IMG/VR virus record: IMGVR_UViG_3300046804_003963
Coordinates: 1 to 42,802 of that record
DNA from: a virus
Lineage: Duplodnaviria > Caudoviricetes
DNA: 42,802 bases
Reading direction: 5' to 3' (one strand)
The stretch's first letter is position 1. Each line of letters starts with the position of its first letter. The translations under genes were made by a program, and so were the position numbers. The notes under the pieces are model-generated. The model did no database searches. It was not told the origin of the DNA and saw nothing but the letters and a program-made list of their open reading frames with translations. Shown here piece by piece: positions 10,051 to 19,911 of this stretch.

Positions 10051-11058
10051 TCACTCAAGAGCTACATTAAGGGTAATTTTGATTTGGTCACCGTTATTTT
10101 GAATAGCGTATGGACCATTTGTAAATCTCTCAGCATACATAATGGAGCTATAAAGAGTGCAACTATTAAGTCCTGATACAGTATTAAGAGTTGGATTTAA
10201 TGCAGGAGTTGTATAGAACTCGTTAGCGTTTGGAACTGAGAATACAGTATATGGTTGAGAAGTAAGAGTAGTATTTCCAGTACCAGCAGCAATATAAAGA
10301 ACATCTCCTGCAACTAGTTGGTGACCTGGTTCTACTACTTTAGCAAAACTAAAGGTAACACTTGGATCTGTAGCAACCTGGATGTTGTCAATAAGAGATT
10401 TATCCAAGTAAACAACTTTTAGAGCTCTATCAATACCAATAACTTTTGTTCCGGTTTGAACACCAGCGTTTCCACCAACAACCATTCCTAGAGTTAGATC
10501 ATCAACGCTTTGATCTGGATCAATTGTAATATAAGAATTACCAATAACTCCGATAACTGGATCGGTATTATCTCCCTTGGTAACTGTTGTTCCAATACCT
10601 ACGGAACAAGTATTAACAACTCCTTGAATGGTATATGGAAGGTTATTTGCTCTGGTTACATAATATCCAAAAATAGAACCTGCAGCACCAGTAAATGTAA
10701 AAGTCTGTTCAGGATAAGTAGCAGTAGTACCGCCACCAACTTGGTTAATTTGCCAACGAGAACCATTCAAAAGAATACCCGTTTGGGATGTATAAGTTTG
10801 ATCAGTTCTGTTATTTACGCAATATGGATAACCAGTGGTAGGAGCATATCCATAAGCATTGGTATTTCCAATACCATATGGCTCATAATATGCAGAAGCT
10901 GAAGGAACATCTCCTTCTGCAGGGGTGGTATTGCTTGTGAAAAGTTTTAAAACTAGGTTTCTGGGAGACTGGTCAGCAAGACTTGCAGTGTGGTTGTTTT
11001 GTGCAACCAAGTATCTGAGTGACTCAAGTTCTCCAATGTCTGGGACTAATAGTGCCAT
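10051..11058 (-). CDS. Virion structural protein (335 aa), probably abundant
   Basis: Clean ORF with GGAG Shine-Dalgarno, its own perfect late promoter and terminator. Beta-rich. Terminal motifs MALLVPDIGELESLRYL and YAERFTNGPYAIQNNGDQIKITLN are ones I recognise from cyanomyovirus structural regions. Confidence 0.8.
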   Translation of the reverse strand: MALLVPDIGELESLRYLVAQNNHTASLADQSPRNLVLKLFTSNTTPAEGDVPSASAYYEPYGIGNTNAYGYAPTTGYPYCVNNRTDQTYTSQTGILLNGSRWQINQVGGGTTATYPEQTFTFTGAAGSIFGYYVTRANNLPYTIQGVVNTCSVGIGTTVTKGDNTDPVIGVIGNSYITIDPDQSVDDLTLGMVVGGNAGVQTGTKVIGIDRALKVVYLDKSLIDNIQVATDPSVTFSFAKVVEPGHQLVAGDVLYIAAGTGNTTLTSQPYTVFSVPNANEFYTTPALNPTLNTVSGLNSCTLYSSIMYAERFTNGPYAIQNNGDQIKITLNVALE

Positions 11059-11108
11059 TTAAACAACTCCTTACAACTTTTGGTGACGTTTGATAACTAA
11101 ACTATCTT

Positions 11109-11116
11109 TATTTATA
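11109..11116 (-). promoter_or_regulatory. T4 late promoter, perfect TATAAATA
   Basis: Exact gp55 consensus ~50 bp upstream of the 335-aa ATG, overlapping the upstream stop codon. Confidence 0.85.
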
Positions 11117-11789
11117 ATTTTAATTTTAAAGAGATTAGAAATCTGTTTATATTATTCACTGATATAACATCAAATGTTAGGATATCTCCAGCAACTATTG
11201 ATGTGTCCCAATTATTTAGGTCATCATCACGAATTTTTCTAGAATTTGTGAATTGTGGATATACTCCACCAACTATTGATGTAAAAGTGGGAAAGTTGGT
11301 ATAATTTGACTTTTTTATATCCACTATTAAATCACCTTGTTGATCTGACAATATAACTAAAGATTCAATAATACCACTTACATCTAAAGTAACAGATCCT
11401 TTATTTCCGGGAAGCATTACAATTGACCCACTATCAACAACATAATTGATAGTCCTAGTTAGATCCGCTGTTGTTGCAAGAGCTATGATAAAAAGATCAT
11501 CTCCAACATCCGGAGCATTTGTGAAGATAATATTATTAGTGGAAATTACAAAGTCTTGGACGGGTTCTAAAATAACATTATTTAAACTTACAATTAACTG
11601 TTGTTCGTTGACAGGGACATAATTGTCTCCAGAATAATATAATCCAAAAGTATGAGCAACTCCAGTAAATTGTGAGTTAATATTATCAAGGATTAGATTA
11701 CTATATTGAATAGATTTTGTGGGAATCTCATAATCTACACCAATTCTATAAGGACCGGGTTCGTTTAATGTTACTAAGTAATCTGTCAT
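11112..11789 (-). CDS. Virion structural protein (225 aa)
   Basis: Contains the LDNINSQFTG...TFGL...LIVSLNNVILEP..DF...IIFT.AP beta-domain also repeated in gp7. Translationally coupled to the upstream gene. Confidence 0.75.
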   Translation of the reverse strand: MTDYLVTLNEPGPYRIGVDYEIPTKSIQYSNLILDNINSQFTGVAHTFGLYYSGDNYVPVNEQQLIVSLNNVILEPVQDFVISTNNIIFTNAPDVGDDLFIIALATTADLTRTINYVVDSGSIVMLPGNKGSVTLDVSGIIESLVILSDQQGDLIVDIKKSNYTNFPTFTSIVGGVYPQFTNSRKIRDDDLNNWDTSIVAGDILTFDVISVNNINRFLISLKLKL

Positions 11790-12121
11790 TATGATACTCC
11801 TGGAGTTACCAGAACATTTCCTTGAACAGCTCGGGATCTGTAAGAATTAGGAGAAATGAGAATAACATCATATACATAACGACCACCTTCAATCGCATCC
11901 GTTGCAGTATAACCCATAGAAACTGCAATTTTTCCGTTCAATCTATCAACAAAAGATAAAGTTAATGGATATGCAGTGGATGATGAAGGATGTTTTCTAA
12001 TAGAAGAAATTCCCGTATAACCTGTCAAATTTAATGGTGCATTGTTGGTGTTCCTGATTGTAAAGGTGGCTTGAAAGTCAACCCCTTGTTCAAGAACTAA
12101 GTTTACATTCCTTGCCGCCAT
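11789..12121 (-). CDS. Small beta-sandwich tail/fibre adaptor-like protein (110 aa)
   Basis: The NLVLEQGVDF...LNLTGYT..SSIRK...GRYVYDV...RAVQGNVLVTPGVS pattern is typical of phage fibre-collar/adaptor Ig-like proteins. Confidence 0.7.
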   Translation of the reverse strand: MAARNVNLVLEQGVDFQATFTIRNTNNAPLNLTGYTGISSIRKHPSSSTAYPLTLSFVDRLNGKIAVSMGYTATDAIEGGRYVYDVILISPNSYRSRAVQGNVLVTPGVS

Positions 12122-12141
12122 TATTAGAACCCGTTTTTAAG

Positions 12142-12149
12142 TATTTATG
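12142..12149 (-). promoter_or_regulatory. Late promoter (CATAAATA)
   Basis: One mismatch to consensus, ~20 bp upstream of ATG 12121. Confidence 0.65.
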
Positions 12150-12387
12150 AGTTGGAGTCCAATTTGGAGAGAATTAATTTCATCATTCCCTTCATCTCAT
12201 CCATATCAGATTTCAATTGATCGATTTCACCAATTTTTTCAATCATATCATTCATTTTATCAACTTCTTGTATTTTTTGTGATTTTAATTCAAGATATCT
12301 TTGATAATCAAAATCAGAACAATTTAAAATAGCACTAGATTCTTTATCTCTGAATAATCCCTTGTTTCCTTCTACTGGTATTAACAT
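12145..12387 (-). CDS. Small hypothetical coiled-coil protein (80 aa)
   Basis: MLIPVEGNKGLFRDKESSAILN followed by a heptad-like C-terminus. Start moved to ATG 12387 to avoid overlap with the upstream gene. Confidence 0.75.
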   Translation of the reverse strand: MLIPVEGNKGLFRDKESSAILNCSDFDYQRYLELKSQKIQEVDKMNDMIEKIGEIDQLKSDMDEMKGMMKLILSKLDSNS

Positions 12388-12391
12388 AATT

Positions 12392-15300
12392 TTAAATTGT
12401 TGCAATAACTCTAAAATCTCTAATTTTTGGCACAAATGCAGAATTTGTACCAGACATTAAGATTTTTATTTGGAATCCATTGAATTGTGGTAAATGTGCT
12501 GCAGTAAATTCATATGATTTGAAATCGTCTTCAGCTGTTGATGCCGCTATTTTTTTATCTGGTCTTCCATTATTTTTAGCAGGATTAATAACTTGCATAT
12601 TTGCATCTAAATTATCATATCCTGGGAATAATTGCCAAAGTTGAGATGTTGTTGGCGCATCGGACCTGAAAATTCTATAACATACTCTAATATCATTTGT
12701 TGAATCTCTAAAAGCGTCAAAAAATACTTTTAGATTATCTGAAGCTTTTTCTAAAATAACAATATTACTCAAATAAGTTGCAGCGGTAGGATCTTCCGTT
12801 AAAGAATTTACTCTTGGATCAGTAGCATAATCTGTAATTTTGGAATTAATTCTATTAGCAACAGTAATTACACTTACTCTATCCAAATCAATCATTGGTG
12901 AAACTTTTTCATCTTCAGTCGTTAATGTCAATTCCATAGTAAAAGATTTTTTACCGGGGAATGCAGATAGATATGTATCTTCATTAACTTGAGAACAAAT
13001 AATTCTTGGAGAATCGAATTCATTATTACCGTCAAGCGATACATCAACAAATCCTTGATCTAGGAATGAAGTTAAATCACTATCTGGAGAAGATCCACTA
13101 AAAGTTCTTGCTTTTGCAGATATAGATGTTTTTTGTGGTAACAATGTTTGGAAATTGGGTCTAATCACATTAAATGGTATATTTTGTGTTGCTTTAGGTC
13201 CTCTAGGAGATCCCATTAATGGGACCGTATCATAAGATCCACAGGATTTATCTGTATTAAAGTATAAAGCAGGATATCCCAGACCATTTCCAACAGTTCT
13301 ATCAATTCCCCTACTATTCATACCAACTCTAATATAATAATGATCTAAATCTGTTGGATATGTTTGCAAGCTGGTGTCAGATAAATTGTGAGTTTTATTT
13401 ATTCTTCTTAAAGATACACCATTTAATTCATATTTAAATACAGGAAATTCCAAATCATAGGCTCCAGAAATACTGTCATCAATATTTCTGGTTATTCCAG
13501 TTAAACTATTGGTGGATGTAACAACCCCAGTGTACTTAATAACTTCATTATCAATTAAAATATATCCAGGATTTACTGATGAAACCGGAACATTTTCAAA
13601 ACTAGTAAATATTCCCACAGAACTTACTACAATATTACTTGTAGAAGATGAACTATAAGATGCCTTTAATGTTTCTGGTTTTTGATCTGGTTCAATACCA
13701 GAAAGTACAACTTTATCAACTAAAGAATACATTCCATGATTATTATGACTGACTTTAAAATGTAATCCGTCTGTCAAATCTGTTATGGTATTTACTGTAG
13801 CTCCGGATAAAAGCGTAGTTCCTGCAGAACCAACATAAAATAGACTGTCTGAAGAATTTTGATTAAGAGTTCCCTGAACTCTATCTACCAATAAGGAATT
13901 AAAGGAAGAAATTATTCCTACATTATTTGGAATAGTAAGAATTAAACTATCTCCAAGATTATCAGTCTGACTATAATTAACTTCCAAAGAATCTCCATAA
14001 GCATATCCAGTTCCACCAATAGAAACTGTGGCTGCAATAGCAACTCCATTTTGAACACTTAAATTTACTTTTGCCCCAAAACCTTTTCCAGTAATAGAAA
14101 TCAAATTTACATTAGAATATGTTTTAAATACCGATGTAAATCCTAATCCAGCAGAAGTTATTGCCAATGTGCTACCAATTCCAATAGATCCAACAACACT
14201 CTTTAAATTTGACCTGAATGTTCCATTATTATTTTGCAATATAGGACTTCCTGGGGTCAATCCGGTAACTTCAGAAGAAGTTAAACTTTTGCCTAAACCT
14301 ATTAATGTTGATTTAGAAATACAATCTAGTGGATTGGGTCTTAAGGTTACAATTTGATTATTACCAATATCTAATTTGGGATTATAAAATCTAACAGTAG
14401 AAGATGTTTTAACAAATTTTGCTCTATAAAGAGTTAATTTTAAATCTTCTAATTGGCTTGGATCCCAAGTTGAGCCATTTTGTGATTTGAATAATGAACC
14501 CAGCAAAGGTTGTTGTGATACAACTATTTTTTGAGATTCAGGTAAATTTAATGTAGTTACATCTTCTTCACCCATTCTAGAAATCCATACTTTATATTCA
14601 TTTGATGCAGAAAGAAGGACTACACAATAAGAATTTCCGGTTTCAAGGTAAACTGGAGAAGGGAAAGTAAATGTGGTTGCAGTTTTACCATCGGAAGAAA
14701 TATTTACTTTTTCTGGATCTAAAACCACTTCACCAAAAGGAATAATTGTTGTTGTAGGCAAACCAGTTTGCATAGTTCTAATTTGCATGGTAACTGGCAA
14801 TCCAGCTGTATCTTTACTAGAGAAGAAAACATCACATTTTGTGATAAAGACTCCATTTTCATCTGGAACTTCAAAAGATTGTGCAAGAGGGTCAACCCAT
14901 CTTGTTTGAGAGACAGTACGATTTACAAATGATGTTCCACCTTGAAGAGCAGTGCTTTGACTAGTTAAAGTTCTTTCTTCAGTTCTATTAATTCTTTCAA
15001 CATTTGCATTTCTTGTTCTAAGAGTCACCTCTTCTGTATTGTTTAAGGTTCCAGAAGATGTGAATTTTGCATCGGCTGTGCTATCTGTAGATCCAACAAT
15101 TGTACTATTTGTTGAGCTTGTTGTGAGAGTAAATGTTTTTGTTCCTGTTTCAAATGACGGAGTTGATTGTAATTTTGAATCTGGAATGTACAAAGATCCA
15201 ATCAGGGTACCGGCAGTATCAGTAACTAATCTAACATCTGTGACTTTTGCAATGGCTTTGGTTGTTTCGCCTTTCAATTGCATATTTGTGACTATATTTC

Positions 15301-18300
15301 CATAAAATCCAGAAGAAGATTGTAATTCCAGTGAAGCTGTATCTACATTTAATATTGTAGAAGTAGTTGAATATGAAGAAGGTACTTTCTGAGTAGGAGA
15401 ATATGGATTATCAGTAAATACCTGTTCTGGATTATTATATGGACCATATTTATGATTCGGATTTGCTAATCTAAATCTGATTGAAGTAGTACCTAATGTT
15501 CCAGTAACAGTTTCCCCAACCGCAAAAGTTCCACTTTTCATTTGAATTTCAATAAGTTTGGGAAGAATGTACTTATTCATATCAACATTATCAAAAAATC
15601 CATACATTCTAGTTTTTGGTTTCAATCTTCTAGCTATAAATTCAATATTCCTAGATCTCATTATATGAATGACTTCTGTAGAAATAACAGATGTGCCCAA
15701 ATTAACACTATCATATCTCTCAGATACCTTGTATTGAATTCCTTGTCTGGCTTGTTTTGTAGTAGTTAATGTTGTTACATTTGTAAAATTAGTATATTGA
15801 TCTCTATAGTTTATGGTAGTTGTCTCTGGAACACCTCTACCTTTTTGATATCTACCTCTAGAAACACTTCTAGATATTTCTTTTGTACCAATATATAAAC
15901 TTCCCATATTCTGTCTGGCAACCTCTTTAGTACCAGTCCAGGTAGTTTCCCAAGCCCCCCAATCTATTGGAGACAATCCAGTATTTGAATCTACTCCTAA
16001 TTGTTGTATAGTTGTTGAATAATTTCCCTCTTGATCAACTGTTCTCTTTGTCCCTTTAGTTTCGATCCAAGTATCAGTTGCTGGATTCAATTCAATTGCA
16101 CCAATCCAATTTACAACGGCAAAAGGATTAACATTTTCTTGTCTAGTTGCAAATGTGTTTTTAAGAAATTCTACATCAGTATATTTTAAACAAACAATGT
16201 CGCCAACTTTAACCGTGTTTGGATTTCCCAAATCTTTTACAAATCGTAAATCTGCATCTGGATTTGAAACATTTGAAGAACCAATTACAGCTTCAGATCC
16301 TAAAAGTAAATCTATTGAAGTTGTATAATGCTGTGGTCGTAGTAAACCTTCTTTTGTATCAATACTGCATTTATGTTGAGGATCTCCCAAAGATCCAGAA
16401 CTTACTGACTTAAAGTTATCTACCAAAAAACCACATTTAAATCGATCCAAATTTGTTGAAGAATCTTTCAAACTTAAATTCTTAGTATCAGTTTCTAAAA
16501 GAGATAGTGAAGTATAATATTCGATATTTCTTATTCTATCTTCCAATCTAGCAATATCCTGCATTCTATATCGTTTATGTGGAGATAGCTGTACAGTTAC
16601 ATCTCCTATATTATAAACATAGGGTTTCATAGTAATAGTTGCTATTTCCAAAGCATTTTCAATAATAGGTGGAGCAATAGGAGTCAATGATGGAACTCCT
16701 TTAGAAACAAAAAATTCTCCATATCTATTAAGATATAACTTATCTGTTCTAGCTAGATAATAAGAGTATGATAAGTATAATTCCTTATCCTTAGCAAAAT
16801 TATATGGGGTGGAATTTGTTGCAGGCAAAAACTTTCTTGAATCAAATTCAAATGGAGAATAAGGTGTTATAGAACTATTATAAGGACTAACTCTTGGTCT
16901 TAGATCAATGATATCACTTGCTCGGTGAAACGAAATTGCCGGTAATTCGGTAGAATATCTTTCTTTATCATATGAATTAACAGTTACAACATCTCCATCA
17001 TCATTTTGATCTATGTAATAGTTATTGAATACAATTTTTAATCTTTTTGTTGGAGCAGTTACACCTGATTTTCTTATTAATGATGAATAATCAGCTATTT
17101 CAAAAGTTTGTCCGCTATTAAAAGTAAAATCAGAAACAATATTTCTATCGCCTTCTATTAACAAACTTATTTCAGCGGTAATATTTGATTCATAGAAAAG
17201 AATTTTTTCTCCTTTTACAAAAGTATTTTCATTAGTATATACAAATTCTACTTGATTTGTTCCGTTTGTTGCAACAAACATTGCCATTGAATTGCTTGTT
17301 GATCCATAAATTATTTCACCTTTAATTGCATTTAAAATATTTGCATTTAAATTAGTTAATTCCAATTTAGGTAAATCAGCATCATTTTCATCCGAAGATT
17401 CAAAAACTCCAGCAACATAAATTACATCAGGAACATTTAAAGATATTCTAGCATCTTGAACTCTTGTTCCATAATATGGCCCATATGTCAATCCATCATT
17501 AAGAGTTGTACTTCCGATTCCAGATGAAGTATTGCTAGAATTTCTGATATCTAAAACGGAACATCTATTATAAATTTTCTTCCTGGCCTTCAATCTTCTC
17601 TTTCTTAAAGTAGCGGTCAATGTTGCAGAACCATTTTTGCTTAAATTTACTAATGTTAAGGTTCTTCCAGAAGTAATTGTAAATTGTTGAGAAGTCAAAG
17701 TTTCTATAGTACCATCACTATAAACTAATGTGTAATCTTCCGAATCAAATGGTTCTAAAGTGATATTTGTATCGCTTTCTAGTGTTGCTGTCAATCCATT
17801 ACTTGCAACAGTTACTGAATATGATTTTTTATAAACTATTTCTCCATCGGAAATATCAACATTTGAAATATTTGTATTTTGTAATTCTGCAAAGAAAAAT
17901 GAATCTTTATTATTCAATAAAGTTGGGATTCCTTTGAATAAATCGGTTAAAGTTATTGCACTTGTTGGTAATCCCCCACTATTAACTCCAGAAACGCTTG
18001 TAGTTGCTTCAATAGTTATTGTTTTTGACGAAGTACTTACTGAAGTTACTCTGTTATATGTTGGTACTTTTTCTCCAGATTTTGTATAAACAAAAATATC
18101 TCCAGTATTAATTCCCACCCCAAAAGTTGAAGCAGATGTTGTTATAGTACTAATTCCAGCAGTAGCTGTTGAAATAGTAAAACTTGTATTTTGTGGCGCA
18201 ATTGCTATACCTGCAGATATTACAGTATCTGCAGTAAAAGATGTTGTTGTACCAACATATCCAACCACTTGTCTTACATCAGATAAATCATAATCTCTGA

Positions 18301-19906
18301 CGGATGTTATTGTTCTGGAAATATCTTGACCATCAATTTTTAATTGTTCTCCTACCGTAAAAGTACCAGAAACTTGGTATAAAACTAATTGATTGCTGTT
18401 AGTAATATTTGAAGCTAAAAATCCAGACGCGGAACTATGTTTTCCTTCAACAAATGATGGCTTTGATAAAGTTATACTAGTATTTAATTGCAAATATGTA
18501 TAAGTTTGTAAATCAAAAACAGATCCTTCAAAAACTGTAGTAGAATTTGAATATGCTGCATCTTTTAATTTTAAATCATAAACTCTACCTACTCCTATGG
18601 GAATTCCTGCAGGAAGACCCGGAGTTGCTGTTCTTTTTGAGTATAGGGTTATTTGGCTAGTAGTGCCAAATCCAACCGGAATTGTACCATAAACATTATT
18701 GAGTTCTACTTGATTTCCTAAACTAAATGGAACTGTAGTATTTTTGACCTCTTCTGTGGTTCTTGGCTTTTCTAGATCAGCATTTACTGTTATAAGAGTT
18801 TCTACCTCATATCCTTTAACATAAGCCTTTCCTGAAGAAATTTGTAAAGTTAGTAAATCATTGGATGGAGTATTTCCTTCTTTTGTTAATTGTCCAGGAT
18901 TATAAACCCCATTATTTCCTATTTTATTATTTAATGATTCTTTAGCAATTACACTAAAAGGTTTTACATAATAATCACCAGATTCATCATTCGTTCTTCT
19001 TGCAAGTTCGTCAGTTATTAATGAATTAACATCTTGTTTTTTAATAACTTTTTTTATTATTCCATTTTCAATTCGCAATAATTCTATAAAATTTTCATCA
19101 TTAAAGTCATCAATAGATTTTTTTATTAAAGTTGCTACGATTCTAAGTCTATCTGCTCCAGGTGCAGCAAAATTTGAAAATCCTCTAGCATTATCAAACA
19201 AATCTAAATTTGATTGTGATGGTACAGCAATATCTTCAAAAATGGATAATCCAATTCTATAAGAAGGTAAATTGCTATATTGATCTAGTATTACAGTTTG
19301 AGGAAAAACATCTACAAAAAATCCTCGTATAAAATAGACTCCTTCTTCTATTTTAACTGCAGAACCTATTGCTGTAGAATTTGATATAACTGCAGTAGCG
19401 AATGATGAATCTAGTCTAATTACTCCTATGCCATAATCAATATTTTCTAATACTAGTAAATTTTCTCCATCTACAAATTTACTAGTAGTAAAATCAGTTT
19501 CACTAGAACTTTGATATTTTATGTATAAAGTATAATTATCATTCTCAGACTCTTCACTAGTAATATATTTTTCAATTTTTGCAGAAACTCCACTTGTCTC
19601 ACCTTTTATTTGTTTACCTATTAAAAATTCCAAATAAGTAGATACTGGAATTCCCAAATGGGTTGGATCAATTTGCACACAAGTGTATTCGGAATCATAT
19701 GCAATATTTCCCGGAATTACTACTTGGCCTTCTTTGAAAAAATGTTTGCCAAATTTTTCAACTTGATTTTGTAAAATAGATTGTAATGTTGTTAATTCTC
19801 TTGCTTGTATTGGAGTTCCTGGTTTAAATAAAACTCTTTGATAATTTTTTGTTGGATCAAAATCATCAAAATATGGCGAAGTGTTTAAGTTGGTATTTTG
19901 TGCCAT
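12392..19906 (-). CDS. VrlC-like / DUF4815 large structural protein (2504 aa)
   Basis: N-terminal PYFDDFD..KNYQRVLFKPG..IQARELTTLQSILQNQ, then APGADR, LARRTNDESGDY, RYRMQDIARLEDRI..IEYYTSLSLLE and DPLAQSF, the motifs of this family. It follows gp8 as in cyanomyoviruses. Confidence 0.85.
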   Translation of the reverse strand: MAQNTNLNTSPYFDDFDPTKNYQRVLFKPGTPIQARELTTLQSILQNQVEKFGKHFFKEGQVVIPGNIAYDSEYTCVQIDPTHLGIPVSTYLEFLIGKQIKGETSGVSAKIEKYITSEESENDNYTLYIKYQSSSETDFTTSKFVDGENLLVLENIDYGIGVIRLDSSFATAVISNSTAIGSAVKIEEGVYFIRGFFVDVFPQTVILDQYSNLPSYRIGLSIFEDIAVPSQSNLDLFDNARGFSNFAAPGADRLRIVATLIKKSIDDFNDENFIELLRIENGIIKKVIKKQDVNSLITDELARRTNDESGDYYVKPFSVIAKESLNNKIGNNGVYNPGQLTKEGNTPSNDLLTLQISSGKAYVKGYEVETLITVNADLEKPRTTEEVKNTTVPFSLGNQVELNNVYGTIPVGFGTTSQITLYSKRTATPGLPAGIPIGVGRVYDLKLKDAAYSNSTTVFEGSVFDLQTYTYLQLNTSITLSKPSFVEGKHSSASGFLASNITNSNQLVLYQVSGTFTVGEQLKIDGQDISRTITSVRDYDLSDVRQVVGYVGTTTSFTADTVISAGIAIAPQNTSFTISTATAGISTITTSASTFGVGINTGDIFVYTKSGEKVPTYNRVTSVSTSSKTITIEATTSVSGVNSGGLPTSAITLTDLFKGIPTLLNNKDSFFFAELQNTNISNVDISDGEIVYKKSYSVTVASNGLTATLESDTNITLEPFDSEDYTLVYSDGTIETLTSQQFTITSGRTLTLVNLSKNGSATLTATLRKRRLKARKKIYNRCSVLDIRNSSNTSSGIGSTTLNDGLTYGPYYGTRVQDARISLNVPDVIYVAGVFESSDENDADLPKLELTNLNANILNAIKGEIIYGSTSNSMAMFVATNGTNQVEFVYTNENTFVKGEKILFYESNITAEISLLIEGDRNIVSDFTFNSGQTFEIADYSSLIRKSGVTAPTKRLKIVFNNYYIDQNDDGDVVTVNSYDKERYSTELPAISFHRASDIIDLRPRVSPYNSSITPYSPFEFDSRKFLPATNSTPYNFAKDKELYLSYSYYLARTDKLYLNRYGEFFVSKGVPSLTPIAPPIIENALEIATITMKPYVYNIGDVTVQLSPHKRYRMQDIARLEDRIRNIEYYTSLSLLETDTKNLSLKDSSTNLDRFKCGFLVDNFKSVSSGSLGDPQHKCSIDTKEGLLRPQHYTTSIDLLLGSEAVIGSSNVSNPDADLRFVKDLGNPNTVKVGDIVCLKYTDVEFLKNTFATRQENVNPFAVVNWIGAIELNPATDTWIETKGTKRTVDQEGNYSTTIQQLGVDSNTGLSPIDWGAWETTWTGTKEVARQNMGSLYIGTKEISRSVSRGRYQKGRGVPETTTINYRDQYTNFTNVTTLTTTKQARQGIQYKVSERYDSVNLGTSVISTEVIHIMRSRNIEFIARRLKPKTRMYGFFDNVDMNKYILPKLIEIQMKSGTFAVGETVTGTLGTTSIRFRLANPNHKYGPYNNPEQVFTDNPYSPTQKVPSSYSTTSTILNVDTASLELQSSSGFYGNIVTNMQLKGETTKAIAKVTDVRLVTDTAGTLIGSLYIPDSKLQSTPSFETGTKTFTLTTSSTNSTIVGSTDSTADAKFTSSGTLNNTEEVTLRTRNANVERINRTEERTLTSQSTALQGGTSFVNRTVSQTRWVDPLAQSFEVPDENGVFITKCDVFFSSKDTAGLPVTMQIRTMQTGLPTTTIIPFGEVVLDPEKVNISSDGKTATTFTFPSPVYLETGNSYCVVLLSASNEYKVWISRMGEEDVTTLNLPESQKIVVSQQPLLGSLFKSQNGSTWDPSQLEDLKLTLYRAKFVKTSSTVRFYNPKLDIGNNQIVTLRPNPLDCISKSTLIGLGKSLTSSEVTGLTPGSPILQNNNGTFRSNLKSVVGSIGIGSTLAITSAGLGFTSVFKTYSNVNLISITGKGFGAKVNLSVQNGVAIAATVSIGGTGYAYGDSLEVNYSQTDNLGDSLILTIPNNVGIISSFNSLLVDRVQGTLNQNSSDSLFYVGSAGTTLLSGATVNTITDLTDGLHFKVSHNNHGMYSLVDKVVLSGIEPDQKPETLKASYSSSSTSNIVVSSVGIFTSFENVPVSSVNPGYILIDNEVIKYTGVVTSTNSLTGITRNIDDSISGAYDLEFPVFKYELNGVSLRRINKTHNLSDTSLQTYPTDLDHYYIRVGMNSRGIDRTVGNGLGYPALYFNTDKSCGSYDTVPLMGSPRGPKATQNIPFNVIRPNFQTLLPQKTSISAKARTFSGSSPDSDLTSFLDQGFVDVSLDGNNEFDSPRIICSQVNEDTYLSAFPGKKSFTMELTLTTEDEKVSPMIDLDRVSVITVANRINSKITDYATDPRVNSLTEDPTAATYLSNIVILEKASDNLKVFFDAFRDSTNDIRVCYRIFRSDAPTTSQLWQLFPGYDNLDANMQVINPAKNNGRPDKKIAASTAEDDFKSYEFTAAHLPQFNGFQIKILMSGTNSAFVPKIRDFRVIATI

Positions 19907-19911
19907 TTTTA

